DNA of 64,000 nt from a virus (taxonomy: Duplodnaviria > Caudoviricetes): IMG/VR virus record IMGVR_UViG_2597489865_000010, positions 1-64,000 of that record, one strand, 5' to 3'. Shown here piece after piece: positions 33,161-45,177 of this stretch. The translations under genes and the position numbers were made by a program. The notes below the pieces were generated by a model. It saw nothing but the letters and a program-made list of their open reading frames with translations, ran no database searches and was not told the origin of the DNA. Position 1 is the first letter of the stretch, and each line of letters begins with the position of its first letter.

Positions 33161-34941
33161 TCGCGTTGCGTCTCCAACGCCTGGACCATTGCCGACAACT
33201 TCAGCTCTCGCAGAGCCATTAACCGTGTATCCATATTTATTCTCCTTAGTGATAACTGACCGGACCTCGGAGGTTTTCGTGAACCAGCATTGATACGCCG
33301 GCTCCGTCCTGGGTGACCTCACTTTCACGACCGTGTTTCAATACGTTGGCTATGAAAGAGCGGTTAATGCACCCTTTCTCCAACGCCAGCGCGCAGGCCT
33401 TCTCCAGTCGCGTCGTCTCATAGCGCCGTTGCAGATTGAGTAGCCCCAGCACGGAGCGGTAAGCCTGCTCCGGATGGGCTTTGCTCTTTTGGATGGACTC
33501 GACCACTTTCAGTGTGCACACACCCACCGACAGCGCCCAACTGCACAGCCTTTCCGGCGTCCACTGACTCTGCCCCTTATAGTTAGCCGGCATGTGCGCC
33601 GCCTGAGTCGTGTGCCTATAGGCGTTATCGCTGCGAGGGTGCGTAGCCACGCAGACACCTTTATGGTGGATTTGCACCAGCCGTTGGGTGGCGATGACGT
33701 CAACGCGCTCGCCAACCAGCGGATGCGGCACCGAGTACCAGTTTTTGCCGTAGTCTATGTGGTAATCAGGTCCCACTCGGGCAACGAGATACTCACTGTA
33801 TTCCCATTGTGTGGGCGGTAGAGGCCCAAGAGCCGGTTTGTCCAGCTGCTCGAAGCGTTCAAGGCGACTTTGTCCGCCGTAATGACGCATCGGGCGCAGA
33901 TTCAACTCATGATTGAGTTCTCGTATCACCTGGTTGAGTTCGGCCAGCGAGTAGAACCTACGTTTACGCAACCGGGCCAAAACCCAGCGTTCTACCTGCT
34001 GCACAGTTGATTCTGCCTTCGCCTTGTCTTTCGGTTTTCTCGGGCGCGCCGGTAGCACCACTGTCTCATAGTGATTTGCCAGCGCCTGATAGCTCTAGTT
34101 TATGACCGGCTCATAGCGGTCAGGGGTGCTGACAGCGCTGCGCAGATTATCAGGTATCATCAGCTCCGGAACCCCACCCATGAAGTGCAGGCAGCGGCTA
34201 TTGGCGTTGAGCCACGATGCCATGTCCTGGCCTTCGCAGGCTTCGATATACGCATAGCCTGACACGCCCATGGCAGCGACGAAGATAGCGACCTGGCGTA
34301 CGCTACCGGTCGCAGGGTTGACGATAGGTACGGTGGGGCCACAGAAGTCGATGAAGAGCTTTTCGCCAGTCTTGTGCTCCATACGCATGGAACGCCGCTG
34401 CTTCTTTTTCCAGTCACGGAACAGTGCACAAAACTGTGAGTAACCGAGGGCATCACCGCCCACGGCGGACTGATATTCCATCCAGAGCAGCTGCTTGGTC
34501 ATGCCCTTGCGGCTTAACTCGGTATCGATATCAAGCCAGCTGGGTAAGGTATTGATAACTTTTCCGGATTTGCCGGGATAGAGCAGGCGGTCGAGGTCGA
34601 CGGGGGACAGTTCCGCCGGCAATGGCCAGACCAGGTTAGCTACCGTGAATCGGCCGAGGATATCGTGCACGGTAGTACAGCCTATGCCGAGCGCTGCTGC
34701 GATAGTGCGATTCGAGCGACGCTGCTCGAATTTCATACGTAAGACATTAATATAGATGCACATTTCCGTTCTCGCTTTCTTCTTTTTACGTGCCATGCCA
34801 TGCCCCCGGAAGCTAAAAGTCTCCAGAGTATGGCGGAACAGAAGATGAGCGATCGGACAGAATCGGAATCGCTGATCGGGCGACCGGAATCAGTGATCGG
34901 ATGAAATCAGAATTAGTGATCGGATGTGACCGGAACCAGCA
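33161..34941 (-). mobile_element. IS21-family element, partial (istA with nonsense mutation, istB truncated)
   Basis: Left end at 34941; istA 34796-33246 with TAG at 34095; right end deleted. Confidence 0.93.
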
Positions 34942-35093
34942 GCTAATCCAAAACCTAGTGTAGTAGGAGTCGGACTATGCAAAAGTCTACCTTCCGCGTG
35001 CGCATATTTGAAGCGTCCCGCCCGTTAATTACCCTGTTTGCGCAATTTAAACACCCGTCAGCGTCAATCTCTCCTGAACCTGGGAGGTGCGCA

Positions 35094-35312
35094 ATGAATC
35101 GTTCCCTTTATGCGCATATTGCTGACTCTGCTGCGCGGTGTGAGCGTCATGGCCATTTTGATGAAGCGGAAAGCCTGTGGCGTCAGGCCAGCGAACAGGC
35201 GGTGCAACAGGAAAATCGTGACTGGACAGCCCTTCGTGCCAGAGTGTGTGAATCCCGCCGTCGTTTTCTGGCTGCTTGCCCTGCCCGTGTGAAAAACGGG
35301 GGTGTCGCATGA
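35094..35312 (+). CDS. ANR-family small regulator
   Basis: AARCERHGHFDEAESLWRQA...NRDWTALRARVC pattern; GGAGG RBS. Confidence 0.7.
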   Translation: MNRSLYAHIADSAARCERHGHFDEAESLWRQASEQAVQQENRDWTALRARVCESRRRFLAACPARVKNGGVA

Positions 35313-36088
35313 CGGATTTCCTTGACGTTGTTAATCGTATGGGTCTTGTCGTCATTCCCTTTTCGGGTGGTCATCTTCTTGTCGAAGGCGATGTCGACCT
35401 CTCCGGCAGCGATATTGCTACATTGCCGGATAACCTGACCATCATCGGGTCATTGATAGCACTCGAGTGCGCCAGATTATCGGCACTGCCGGCCGGGCTC
35501 AATATCATGAACAGCCTCGACCTGCGTAATACGCCGATAACCTCGTTGCCGGCCGATATTGGCGTCGGGCTGGACATCATGCTGGAGAATACCCGTCTGC
35601 TATCCCTGCCAGCCAATCTGGCAGTGGGCGGTGCCCTCGACCTTGAAGGTACGCCCATTGCTGCACTCCCTGCCACGCTGAGTGTTGGTGGTTACCTCAA
35701 TCTTCGTAATACCGCCGTGACCGAACTGCCGGAGGACTGGTGCATCGACGGGCCGCTGCTGCTCGATGTGGAAAAAATATCGAGTCCGCTGGCGTGGCGG
35801 CGGGTCCCTCTTGCCTCACTGACGCCGGATGCCCCCATCCTGCAGGATTATTTTTTGTCCGCAGCGCAAGACGAGACAGTGTCTGGCACGCTGGCAGTGG
35901 ACGCGCTGGGTGTTGAGGTTTTTGCCGTCTGGGTGTGCGGGGAAATCCGGGTGTTCGCCGGGCGGCATGTGGCGTCCGCTGCCGGGTTTGACCATCTTGG
36001 TGTCTCTACCCTATTCCAGCAGGCGGCCCATGAATACGTGGCAGAGCTGTCAGCGCGTTTGAATGCCGGACGGGAGGGTAACCTATGA
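35309..36088 (+). CDS. Leucine-rich-repeat protein (20-aa repeats), copy 2
   Basis: About 6.5 repeats of GxLDLxxTxIxxLPxxLxVx; C-terminal motifs shared with copy 1. Confidence 0.85.
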   Translation: MTDFLDVVNRMGLVVIPFSGGHLLVEGDVDLSGSDIATLPDNLTIIGSLIALECARLSALPAGLNIMNSLDLRNTPITSLPADIGVGLDIMLENTRLLSLPANLAVGGALDLEGTPIAALPATLSVGGYLNLRNTAVTELPEDWCIDGPLLLDVEKISSPLAWRRVPLASLTPDAPILQDYFLSAAQDETVSGTLAVDALGVEVFAVWVCGEIRVFAGRHVASAAGFDHLGVSTLFQQAAHEYVAELSARLNAGREGNL

Positions 36089-36717
36089 CGCTCTCGCTCA
36101 CCGCGCTCTGGCGACGCAGCCAGACCCCCTGCGTCTTCACCGATGCCGCAGGCACCCTGTTTGCCAATGCCCCCATGCAACGACTGCTGAGGTGCGACGA
36201 ACGGGCATGCGGCAATGATTCTCCCCTGGTGTCGCTGTTCTTGGCGCAGGAGGCCCAGGCACGGCAGCAACGTCAACCGCTTGGGGTGTTTAACAGCCAG
36301 CCCTATGGCGCCCACGGCATCACGCAGCCCTGGCTGTTCTGCTTTCTTCCCGACGTGGATGATGACGGCGTGTGTCACGACAGCTTTTGCCACGCGCGGC
36401 CGTTCCCGTTCCTGTCGCTACCGGACTATCTCGAAGGCGGGTGTCCCCGACCGGTGGAGGACTGCCCCGTCGACGACAGGTTTACCGACAGGGAGCGGGG
36501 CATCATATTTTTGTCGTTGCAGCGCCTGAGCAGCAAGCGCATTGGGCTGCGGCTCCAGATATCGCATCGCACGGTAGAAAACTGGTTGCAGGACATCTAC
36601 CTCAAGCTCGGTATCCACAATGTCTGGCAGCTGGATGACTATTGTCGCCAGCATGGGCTTATGCACGCCATTCCCCCACAATGGCGACCCCGCGTCAGTC
36701 ATGTCATTAACCCGTAG
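36085..36717 (+). CDS. PAS-like + LuxR HTH transcriptional regulator
   Basis: C-terminal FTDRERGIIFLSLQRLSSKRIGLRLQISHRTVENWLQDIYLKLG; N-terminal PCVFTDAAGTLFAN is PAS-like. Confidence 0.8.
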   Translation: MTLSLTALWRRSQTPCVFTDAAGTLFANAPMQRLLRCDERACGNDSPLVSLFLAQEAQARQQRQPLGVFNSQPYGAHGITQPWLFCFLPDVDDDGVCHDSFCHARPFPFLSLPDYLEGGCPRPVEDCPVDDRFTDRERGIIFLSLQRLSSKRIGLRLQISHRTVENWLQDIYLKLGIHNVWQLDDYCRQHGLMHAIPPQWRPRVSHVINP

Positions 36718-36816
36718 TGCCCGGTACGTGGTCGCCGCTGGCGGCCGCGTATTCGCGGTGAGGCAGACCTGCTGGTATGATACCCATAAGCACCATCAAG
36801 CAAGAGAACAAAACCG

Positions 36817-37380
36817 ATGACCGAACCCAAGCGGCCCCTGCTCAGTATCAGGCGCAAGCCGAAAATCTATGTGAACCCGAAGCATGCCGATAAACCCGCG
36901 CCGGCGCCAAAACCGGCGAAGCCGCCCAAGGCCAAGGCACCGAAGCCGGTCAAGGAGCCAAAGCCGAAACAGCCGCCGCCCAGGCCCCTGAGCCGGGAAG
37001 AGCGTATCGCACGGAACCGGGCGAAAAAATTACGTCGGGGTCAGGAGGCCATCGCCAGTCTGGTGGCACATTGGCCGCAACTCTTCAGCCTCGAACAACC
37101 GAAGCCGCTAAAAATTGGCATAGCGGCAGATATTTATAAGGATATCAAGGCGCGTGAACTGGATTTAATCCGCGCCAAAGCCAGCGCGGCGCTGATGTTC
37201 TATACGCAAACGCCAGCCTATCAGCAAGCGGTCCATGCCGGTGGCAGTCGGTTTGACCTTGGCGGGCAGCCTTGTGGTGAGATTACCGAGGAGCAGCAGA
37301 CCCATGCCCTGAAGCAGCTGGAAAAATGGCAAGCAGAAACAGAGTCCGCGGAACCATCGGGCGCAGAGCCAACGCCATGA
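36817..37380 (+). CDS. ProQ/FinO-family RNA chaperone
   Basis: WPQLF..PKPLKIGI...YTQTPAYQ...RFDLGGQPCGEITEE motif; Pro/Lys-rich N-terminus. Confidence 0.88.
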   Translation: MTEPKRPLLSIRRKPKIYVNPKHADKPAPAPKPAKPPKAKAPKPVKEPKPKQPPPRPLSREERIARNRAKKLRRGQEAIASLVAHWPQLFSLEQPKPLKIGIAADIYKDIKARELDLIRAKASAALMFYTQTPAYQQAVHAGGSRFDLGGQPCGEITEEQQTHALKQLEKWQAETESAEPSGAEPTP

Positions 37381-38303
37381 GCAAGAAATTTACCCCGACG
37401 CCCCATGATACGGTGTTCAGGCAGTTTCTTCACGACAAGGCCACAGCGCAGGATTTTTTTGATATCTGGCTGCCTGATGATATCAAGGCGCTGTGTGACT
37501 GGGAGACCCTGAAGCCTGAGTCCGGCTCCTTTATCGATTCGGACATGAAGCCTTACCAGAGTGATATCCTCTACTCGGTGAACGCCAACGGGGCTGATGG
37601 CTATGTCTACTGTTTGATAGAGCACCAGTCGACCCCCGACAAGCTGATGGCCTGGCGGTTGATGCGCTATTGCATGGCGGCGATGCAGCGGCATCTGGAA
37701 GCCGGGCATGATAAACTGCCTCTGGTTTTTCCGGTACTGTTCTACTGCGGCGAAAAAAGCCCGTATCCGTACAGCACTAACTGGCTGGATTGTTTTGAAC
37801 GGCCTGATATCGCGGCGAAGATTTACAGCCAGCCGTTCCGATTGGCGGATGTGACCACGCTCGGTGATGATGCCATCATGCAGCACCGACGCATGGCGCT
37901 ACTTGAACTCATCCAGAAGCACATTCGCCGCCGGGATATGACGGAGTTGCTGGACAGTATTGTTAAACTGCTGTCGTACAATTATTATACGGATACGCAG
38001 GTCATCACGATGATGAACTATCTTATCCAGGAGGGTAATGCGGCTTCGCCACGCACGTTCATTACCGAGATAGCCAAACGGGCAGAGAAACACGAGGAGG
38101 CGCTTATGACCATTGCCGAAGCTCTGAAGCAGGAAGGGAAACAGGAAGGCTATCAGATTGGCCGTGAGGAAGGCATGCAGCAAGGCGAGCATACTGCTGC
38201 GATGAAAATTGCACGACAGCTTGTCAGTAACGGTGTTGACCGTGTCATTGTTAAAATATCTACCGGCCTTTCTGATCATGAATTGGATAATTTAATACAG
38301 TAA
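37377..38303 (+). CDS. Rpn (YhgA-like) recombination-promoting nuclease
   Basis: PHDTVFRQFL, SDILYSV, LIEHQS (PD-(D/E)XK) motifs and MTIAE..EG tail; intact. Confidence 0.93.
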   Translation: MSKKFTPTPHDTVFRQFLHDKATAQDFFDIWLPDDIKALCDWETLKPESGSFIDSDMKPYQSDILYSVNANGADGYVYCLIEHQSTPDKLMAWRLMRYCMAAMQRHLEAGHDKLPLVFPVLFYCGEKSPYPYSTNWLDCFERPDIAAKIYSQPFRLADVTTLGDDAIMQHRRMALLELIQKHIRRRDMTELLDSIVKLLSYNYYTDTQVITMMNYLIQEGNAASPRTFITEIAKRAEKHEEALMTIAEALKQEGKQEGYQIGREEGMQQGEHTAAMKIARQLVSNGVDRVIVKISTGLSDHELDNLIQ

Positions 38304-38438
38304 GCCAGGTAATTCAGGCTGATTACGTCAGCCTGAAGGTGGTTCATTTAATGAAAAATCTATTTCCAAAGGTACAGGTGATCCAGTAAAAGGCGCTAGC
38401 AAAAAACAGTGAATTAAGTGATGGGATTCCCCAATGAA

Positions 38439-39755
38439 GAGCCCGTACCGGATTCTGTGTAAATGCCTTTTCTCAGAAGTGACCGTCCAGACGTTCACCG
38501 AACTCGATAATAAAGCGGCTCATTGCCATGCGCCAGTCCCTCAAAGGCATTGTCCATTTCTGTGAGGCCGCCTGTATCGCCAGCCACACCACCTTTTTCA
38601 CTGCGTCGTCGGTCGGGAACACCTTGCGCTTTTTGATGGCATGCCGGATCACGCTGTTTAACGCCTCGATGGCGTTGGTCGTGTAGATCACCTTGCGGAT
38701 GTCCGTTGGGTAGGCAAAGAACGTGGCCAGATTGGCCCAGTTTGCCTGCCAGCTTCGACTTATTTGCGGGTAGCGGATGTTCCAGGCACTGGAGAACGCT
38801 TCCAGCGCCTGCAAGCCGGCTTCTTCCGTAGGGGCCTGATAGATAGCTTTCAGGTCGCGGGTGACGGCCTTGTAGTCCTTCCAGGAGACGAACCGCAGGC
38901 TGTTGCGCACCATATGCACGATACACAGCTCTGGAGCCGCGCCTCCGGATACACCGCGTTAATAGCGTCAGGGAAACCTTTCAGCCCGTCTACGCAGGCG
39001 ATAAGGATATCGTTCAGGCCGCGGTTTTTCAGCTCTGTCAGCACGTTCAGTCAGAACTTTGCGCCTTCATTTTCGGCCAGCCACATACCTAGCAACTCTT
39101 TCTGGCCTTCGATGTTGATGCCCAGCGCCAGGAACACAGATTTGTTGATGATGCGGCTGTCCTGCCGGACTTTTAGAACGATACAGTCAAGATAAACAAT
39201 GGGATAGACTGCATCCAGAGGCCGGTTTTGCCATTCAACAACCTGCTCCATGACCGCATCGGTGACCTTTGAGACCAGCGCCGGCGAGACAGCGGCGTCA
39301 TACAGCTCTTTGAACGAGGCGGCGATCTCGTGGGTGGTCATCCCTTTGGCGTACAACGATAAAATCTGGTTATCCATCCCGGTAATCCGGGTCTGGTTCT
39401 TCTTCACCAGTTGCGGTTCAAAGGAACCGTCACGATCGCGCGGAGTACGCAGCGCCAGCGGGCCATCGCCAGTGGTAACGGTTTTTGTGGAATAGCCGTT
39501 GCGGGCGTTGGTCCCCGGTTTAGGCTGATTTTTATCGTAGCCGAGGTGATGGGTCATTTCGGCATTGAGAGCTGCTTCGACGCTAATTTTTTTCAGCAGC
39601 CGATCGAAGTGACTGAGATCTTCAGGGGTTTTGAGATTTTTGGCCAGTTCGTTAGCCAGAGCCTGCAACTGTTTTTCGTCCATAAATTAACCTGTTTTTG
39701 ATGTTGGATTGAACATATCAAAATCAGGCAAATACACAAATTTCTAAACAGGCTC
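38439..39755 (-). mobile_element. IS256-family element, transposase disrupted
   Basis: Both ends present; TGA at 39051 and a +2 insertion near 38930. Confidence 0.95.
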
Positions 39756-39816
39756 TAAAATAACAGTGACTCTTCTAGATGATGAAAAAGGCACTCATGC
39801 AAATGTCCGTGCTAAA

Positions 39817-40872
39817 GACCCTGTACACGATTCTGTGTAAATGCCTTTTCTCAGAAGTGACCGTCCAGGCGGTCACCGAACTCGATAATAAAGCGGCTCA
39901 TTGCCATGCGCCAGTCCCTCAAAGGCATTGTCCATTTCTGTGAGGCCGCCTGTATCGCCAGCCACACCACCTTTTTCACTGCGTCGTCGGTCGGGAACAC
40001 CTTGCGCTTTTTGATGGCATGCCGGATCACGCTGTTTAACGACTCGATGGCGTTGGTCGTGTAGATCACCTTGCGGATGTCCGTTGGGTAGGCAAAGAAC
40101 GTGGCCAGATTGGCCCAGTTTGCCTGCCAGCTTCGACTTATTTGCGGGTAGCGGATGTCCCAGGCACTGGAGAACGCTTCCAGCGCCTGCAAGCCGGCTT
40201 CTTCCGTAGGGGCCTGATAGATAGAGCTTTCAGGTCGCGGGTGACGGCCTTGTAGTCCTTCCAGGAGACGAACCGCAGGCTGTTGCGCACCATATGTACG
40301 ATACACAGCTGGAGCCGCGCCTCCGGATACACCGCGTTAATAGCGTCAGGAAAACCTTTCAGCCCGTCTACGCAGACGATAAGGATATCGTTCAGGCCGC
40401 GGTTTTTCAGCTCTGTCAGCACGTTCAGCCAGAACTTTGCGCCTTCATTTTCAGCCAGCCACATACCTAGCAACTCTTTCTGGCCTTCGATGTTGATGCC
40501 CAGCGCCAGGAACACAGATTTGTTGATGATGCGGCTGTCCTGCCGGACTTTTAGAACGATACAGTCAAGATAAACAATGGGATAGACTGCATCCAGAGGC
40601 CGGTTTTGCCATTCGACAACCTGCTCCATGACCGCATCGGTGACCTTTGAGACCAGCGCCGGCGAGACATCGGCGTCATACAGCTCTTGGAACGCGGCGG
40701 CGATCTCGCGGGTGGTCATCCCTTTGGCGTACAACGATAAAATCTGGTTATCCATCCCGGTAATCCGGGTCTGGTTCTTCTTCACCAGTTGCGGTTCAAA
40801 GGAACCGTCACGATCGCGCGGAGTACGCAGCGCCAGCGGGCCATCGCCAGTGGTAACGGTTTTTGTGGAATA
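39817..40872 (-). mobile_element. IS256-family element, 5'-truncated by IS21 and frameshifted
   Basis: Right end GACCCTGTACACG at 39817; cut at 40872. Confidence 0.93.
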
Positions 40873-43467
40873 TGCTGGTTCCGGTCACATCCGATCACTG
40901 ATTCCGATTTCACCCGATCACTAATTCTGATTTCATCCGATCACTGATTCCGGTCGCCCGATCAGCGATTCCGATTCTGTCCGATCGCTCATCTTCTGTT
41001 CCGCCATACTCTGGAGACTTTTAGCTTCCGGGGGCATGGCACGTAAAAAGAAGAAAGCGAGAACGGAAATGTGCATCTATATTAATGTATTACGTATGAA
41101 ATTCGAGCAGCGTCTCTCGAATCGCACTATCGCAGCAGCGCTCGGCATAGGCTGTACTACCGTGCACGATATCCTCGGCCGATTCACGGTAGCTAACCTG
41201 GTCTGGCCATTGCCGGCGGAACTGTCCCCCGTCGACCTCGACCGCCTGCTCTATCCCGGCAAATCCGGAAAAGTTATCAATACCTTACCCAGCTGGCTTG
41301 ATATCGATACCGAGTTAAGCCGCAAGGACATGACCAAGCAGCTGCTCTGGATGGAATATCAGTCCGCCGTGGGCGGTGATGCCCTCGGTTACTCACAGTT
41401 TTGTGCACTGTTCCGTGACTGGAAAAAGAAGTAGCGGCGTTCCATGCGCATGGAGCACAAGGCTGGCGAAAAGCTCTTCATCGATTTCTGTGGCCCCACC
41501 GTACCTATCGTCAACCCTGCGACCGGTAGCGTACGCCAGGTCGCTATCTTCGTCGCTGCCATGGGCGTGTCAGGCTATGCGTATATCGAAGCCTGCGAAG
41601 GCCAGGACATGGCATCGTGGCTCAACGCCAATAGCCGCTGCCTGCACTTCATGGGTGGGGTTCCGGAGCTGATGATACCTGATAATCTGCGCAGCGCTGT
41701 CAGCACCCCTGACCGCTATGAGCCGGTCATAAACCAGAGCTACCAGGCGCTGGCAAATCACTATGAGACAGTGGTGCTACCGGCGCGCCCGAGAAAACCG
41801 AAAGACAAGGCGAAGGCAGAATCAACTGTGCAGCTGGTAGAACGCTGGGTTTTGGCCCGGTTGCGTAAACGTAGGTTCTACTCACTGGCCGAACTCAACC
41901 AGGTGATACGAGAACTCAATCATGAGTTGAATCTGCGCCCGATGCGTCATTACGGCGGACAAAGTCGCCTTGAACGCTTCGAGCAGCTGGACAAACCGGT
42001 TCTTGGGCCTCTACCGCCCACACAATGGGAATACAGTGAGTATCTCGTTGCCCGAGTGGGACCTGATTACCACATAAACTACGGCAAAAACTGGTACTCG
42101 GTGCCACATCCGCTGGTTGGCGAGCGCGTTGACGTCATCGCCACCCAACGGCTGGTGCAAATCCACCATAAGGGCGTCTGCGTGGCTACGCACCCTCGCA
42201 GCGATAACGCCTATAGGCACACGACTCAGGCGGCGCACATGCCGGCTAACCATAAGGGGCAGAGTCAGTGGACGCCGGAAAGGCTGTGCAGTTGGGCGCT
42301 GTCGGTGGGTGTGTGCACACTGAAAGTGGTCGAGTCCATCCAAAAGAGCAAAGCCCATCCGGAGCAGGCTTACCGCTCCGTGCTGGGGCTACTCAATCTG
42401 CAACGGCGCTATGAGACGACGCGACTGGAGAAGGCCTGCGCGCTGGCGTTGGAGAAAGGGTGCATTAACCGCTCTTTCATAGCCAACGTATTGAAACACG
42501 GTCGTGAAAGTGAGGTCACCCAGGACGGAGCCGGCGTATCAATGCTGGTTCACGAAAACCTCCGAAGTCCGGACAGTTATCACTAAGGAGAATAAATATG
42601 GATACACTGTTAATGGCTCTGCGAGAGCTGAAGTTGTCGGCAATGGTCCAGGCGTTGGAGACGCAACGCGAACTCCCGAGGAGTTATGGGGAGCTGGGGT
42701 TCGAGGAGCGGTTGTCGCTAATGGTAGAAGAGGAAAATTTGCATAGAAAAAACAACCATATATGCCGTCTGCGACGGCAATTGCAAATGCGCTTGCAGGC
42801 AAAACCGGAAGATATCCGTTATATCCCTAGCCGAGGAGTGACACCGGAGCAGATGCGAGATCTGCTAGGGGGACAATATCTGAAATATCAGAAAAGCATA
42901 CTCATCACGGGGCCGACAGGTACGGGCAAAACCTGGCTCAGTTGTGCGCTTGGTGAGCAGGCATGCCGGCAGCAATATAGCGTGCGTTACTGGCGAGTGG
43001 GTCGGTTGCTGGCCCATCTTCACCAGTGTCAGGTAGACGGGACCTATCTAAAACAGCTTAAGTAGTTAGAAAAAATAGAGTTACTGATCTTGGACGACGT
43101 GGGCCTAGAATCAATAAGTCCGATGCAGGCAACGATGCTGTTGGAGGTGATGGAAGATCGCTACGACAAAAGCAGCAGCATCCTGATCAGTCAACTGCCG
43201 GTGAAAAAATGGTATGGACTGATAGAAAACCCCACGACAGCTGACGCGTTACTCGATCGGTTAGTACACCCCAGCTATAGACTGGAACTTAAAGGCGAAT
43301 CACTACGCAAAGAGCAAGGAGTAGCCAGCACAGGAAAAATAGACTAAACCCGAGTCAGAAGATGAGCGAACACGTGATCGAATATCACTGGAATGGGTGA
43401 TCGGAAAATATCGGAATAACTGATCGGATGTCGCCGGAACAGCTGATCGGATACGTCGGAATCTGCA
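40873..43467 (+). mobile_element. IS21-family element (istA 41036-42586, istB 42598-43347, both with nonsense mutations)
   Basis: TG...CA ends with internal CCGATCA repeats; TAG at 41432 and at 43063; istB GPTGTGKT; no target duplication. Confidence 0.95.
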
Positions 43468-43529
43468 AGGCGTCGGCCATTGGGCGTGGCGGCGCAGTGA
43501 ATGATGATGCGATGAATGACGCGGGACAT
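43468..43529 (-). pseudogene. N-acetylmuramoyl-L-alanine amidase (endolysin), 5' fragment
   Basis: MSRVIHRIIIHCAATPNG is an amidase_2 N-terminal motif; cut by IS21. Confidence 0.7.
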
Positions 43530-43611
43530 AAAAAAACCTCATGCAGAACATGAGGCTATTGTGGCGAAAGGCGGCCGGCGGTGCCGGTAACGGGGGCGTA
43601 GAGGGTAATAC

Positions 43612-44056
43612 TCAGAACAGGGTGGGTTGCTCGGGCGGTGGTCCCGCCTGACGCTGGCGCACCAGTTCGCGGGCGCGGGTCGCGGCGATGCCATAGCGCG
43701 GGCACAATAGCGTCAGGGCCATGGTGGTGGACTCCCCCCTGCGCCCGCAGCCGGTCCAGCTCAGCCAGGAAGCAGCGGTTACGCCAGGCCATGTCACAGC
43801 GGGGGATATACAGCTCCTCGCCGCCAAAATGGCGCATCAGCAGCGCCACCTGCGAGGGCGTCAGGACGTCTTGCAGCAGGACAATGCGTCGCTCCCCCGC
43901 GCCACGCAACCCCTTGCCGATGCGAAACGGCACCCCGCCGAAATGGCGAATAAGCGACTCGGTGGCTGGGAAGCCTATCAGGCCGGCAATCTGCTGCACC
44001 GACTCTGGCAGCAATGCCTGCACCTCAGCGTAATCCGGCTGCAGCGACGGTTGCAT
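43612..44056 (-). pseudogene. Mor/C-family transcription activator of Mu-like phage, frameshifted
   Basis: LPESVQQIAGLIG...FGGEELYIPRC; frameshift in the G run near 43735. Confidence 0.8.
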
Positions 44057-44457
44057 CACAGCCTCCCGTGCCGTTTGGCGTCCATAATCAGCATTTGCAT
44101 CAGCCGGCACACCTGCGCATCATCGAGCCATTCTACGGGCTTTTTTCCGCCCAGCATACGCGCAATCATGCCATCGAGGTAGCCCCAGGGCCGCCCGGCG
44201 CTGGCGAGCAGCGCCTCAATTTTGCTGAGCATCCCCTGACGTCCTGCCGCCACACGCGGCTTGCGGCCCTGTTTGGGTAACGAGGTAAAGCCCTGACGGC
44301 GCATATAGCGCACCACCCGCGCCAGCTCGGCGGCAGTACACTCCTTGGCGCTTTGCTTACCGGTCTCGCGCAGCAGGACGCCCCGGTAGGTCTCTTCATC
44401 CCAGCCGAGTGTATTTTTACCCGTGTGCACAATTTTAATCAGATTTTTCATGAGCAT
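44056..44457 (-). CDS. Mu GemA/gp16-like (DUF1018) protein
   Basis: IVHTGKNTLGWDEETYR..L...TGKQSAK and KIEALL motifs. Confidence 0.82.
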   Translation of the reverse strand: MLMKNLIKIVHTGKNTLGWDEETYRGVLLRETGKQSAKECTAAELARVVRYMRRQGFTSLPKQGRKPRVAAGRQGMLSKIEALLASAGRPWGYLDGMIARMLGGKKPVEWLDDAQVCRLMQMLIMDAKRHGRL

Positions 44458-45177
44458 CACTCCGAAGGTTAACCGCATGATGATGGTGTCCCGGCGAATG
44501 CCTCTCCCTCTCACTGAAGAAAGACACTGGGGGCAATAACCCCAGTGCGGTCAAGGCGCGCTGGCATTGGGCTAGTTGGTATTCGGTTACTGACGCATAA
44601 GACGTGCCCTCATCAGGAAATAATCGTTGCCAGGCGGCATGCGCTATCTTGACCTGGTGCAGCGCATCGGCCAGCGCATGATGCTTTTCCCCGTCAAACG
44701 GGATAGCGCGCACATCAATGCCTGACAGCCGTACCAGGGTGCGCAGGTCGGCGACATCCCTGAATGACCAGGGGTAGCGGTCATTGCCCTGTCGTCTTTT
44801 TGCGGGTCAACGCGGTCGAACCAGCTTTGCAGCAGGGCAATATCGAATACCGCGCCGTTACTCCAGGGCACACAGGGCTTGGCGCAGTGGGTGGAGATGA
44901 ACGTCCGCAAGGCGCGCGCCACAACATCGGGACGCGCCTTACCGCCAAAGGCTTCGTGACGGGCGTCATCGCTCTGTTTTTGCCACCACAGCAGGGTCTC
45001 TTCCTCTGGCTGGCCGTATTGGATTGCGGCCTGATAATCGATACGCGCATAAAACGTCTGTCCAACCAGCCCCGTTGCCGGCTCAAACATCACCGCCGCC
45101 ACCGACAATATCGGGCAACCGGCTTTTTTACCCAGCGTTTCGATATCGAGCATCACGTTATTCATGGGTCTGTTCAT
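44435..45177 (-). pseudogene. DEDD 3'-5' exonuclease (DUF5051-like), frameshifted
   Basis: MLDIETLG...NGAVFDI; HHALADALHQ lies in a second frame. Confidence 0.8.

Noticed and set aside
40873-40990. Tandem ~23-bp CCGATCA repeats that resemble a CRISPR array (also at 9913, 34850, 43370, 51870, 54350)
   Set aside because: There are no unique spacers or cas genes. They are the multiple terminal repeats of the IS21 element and recur at each copy.
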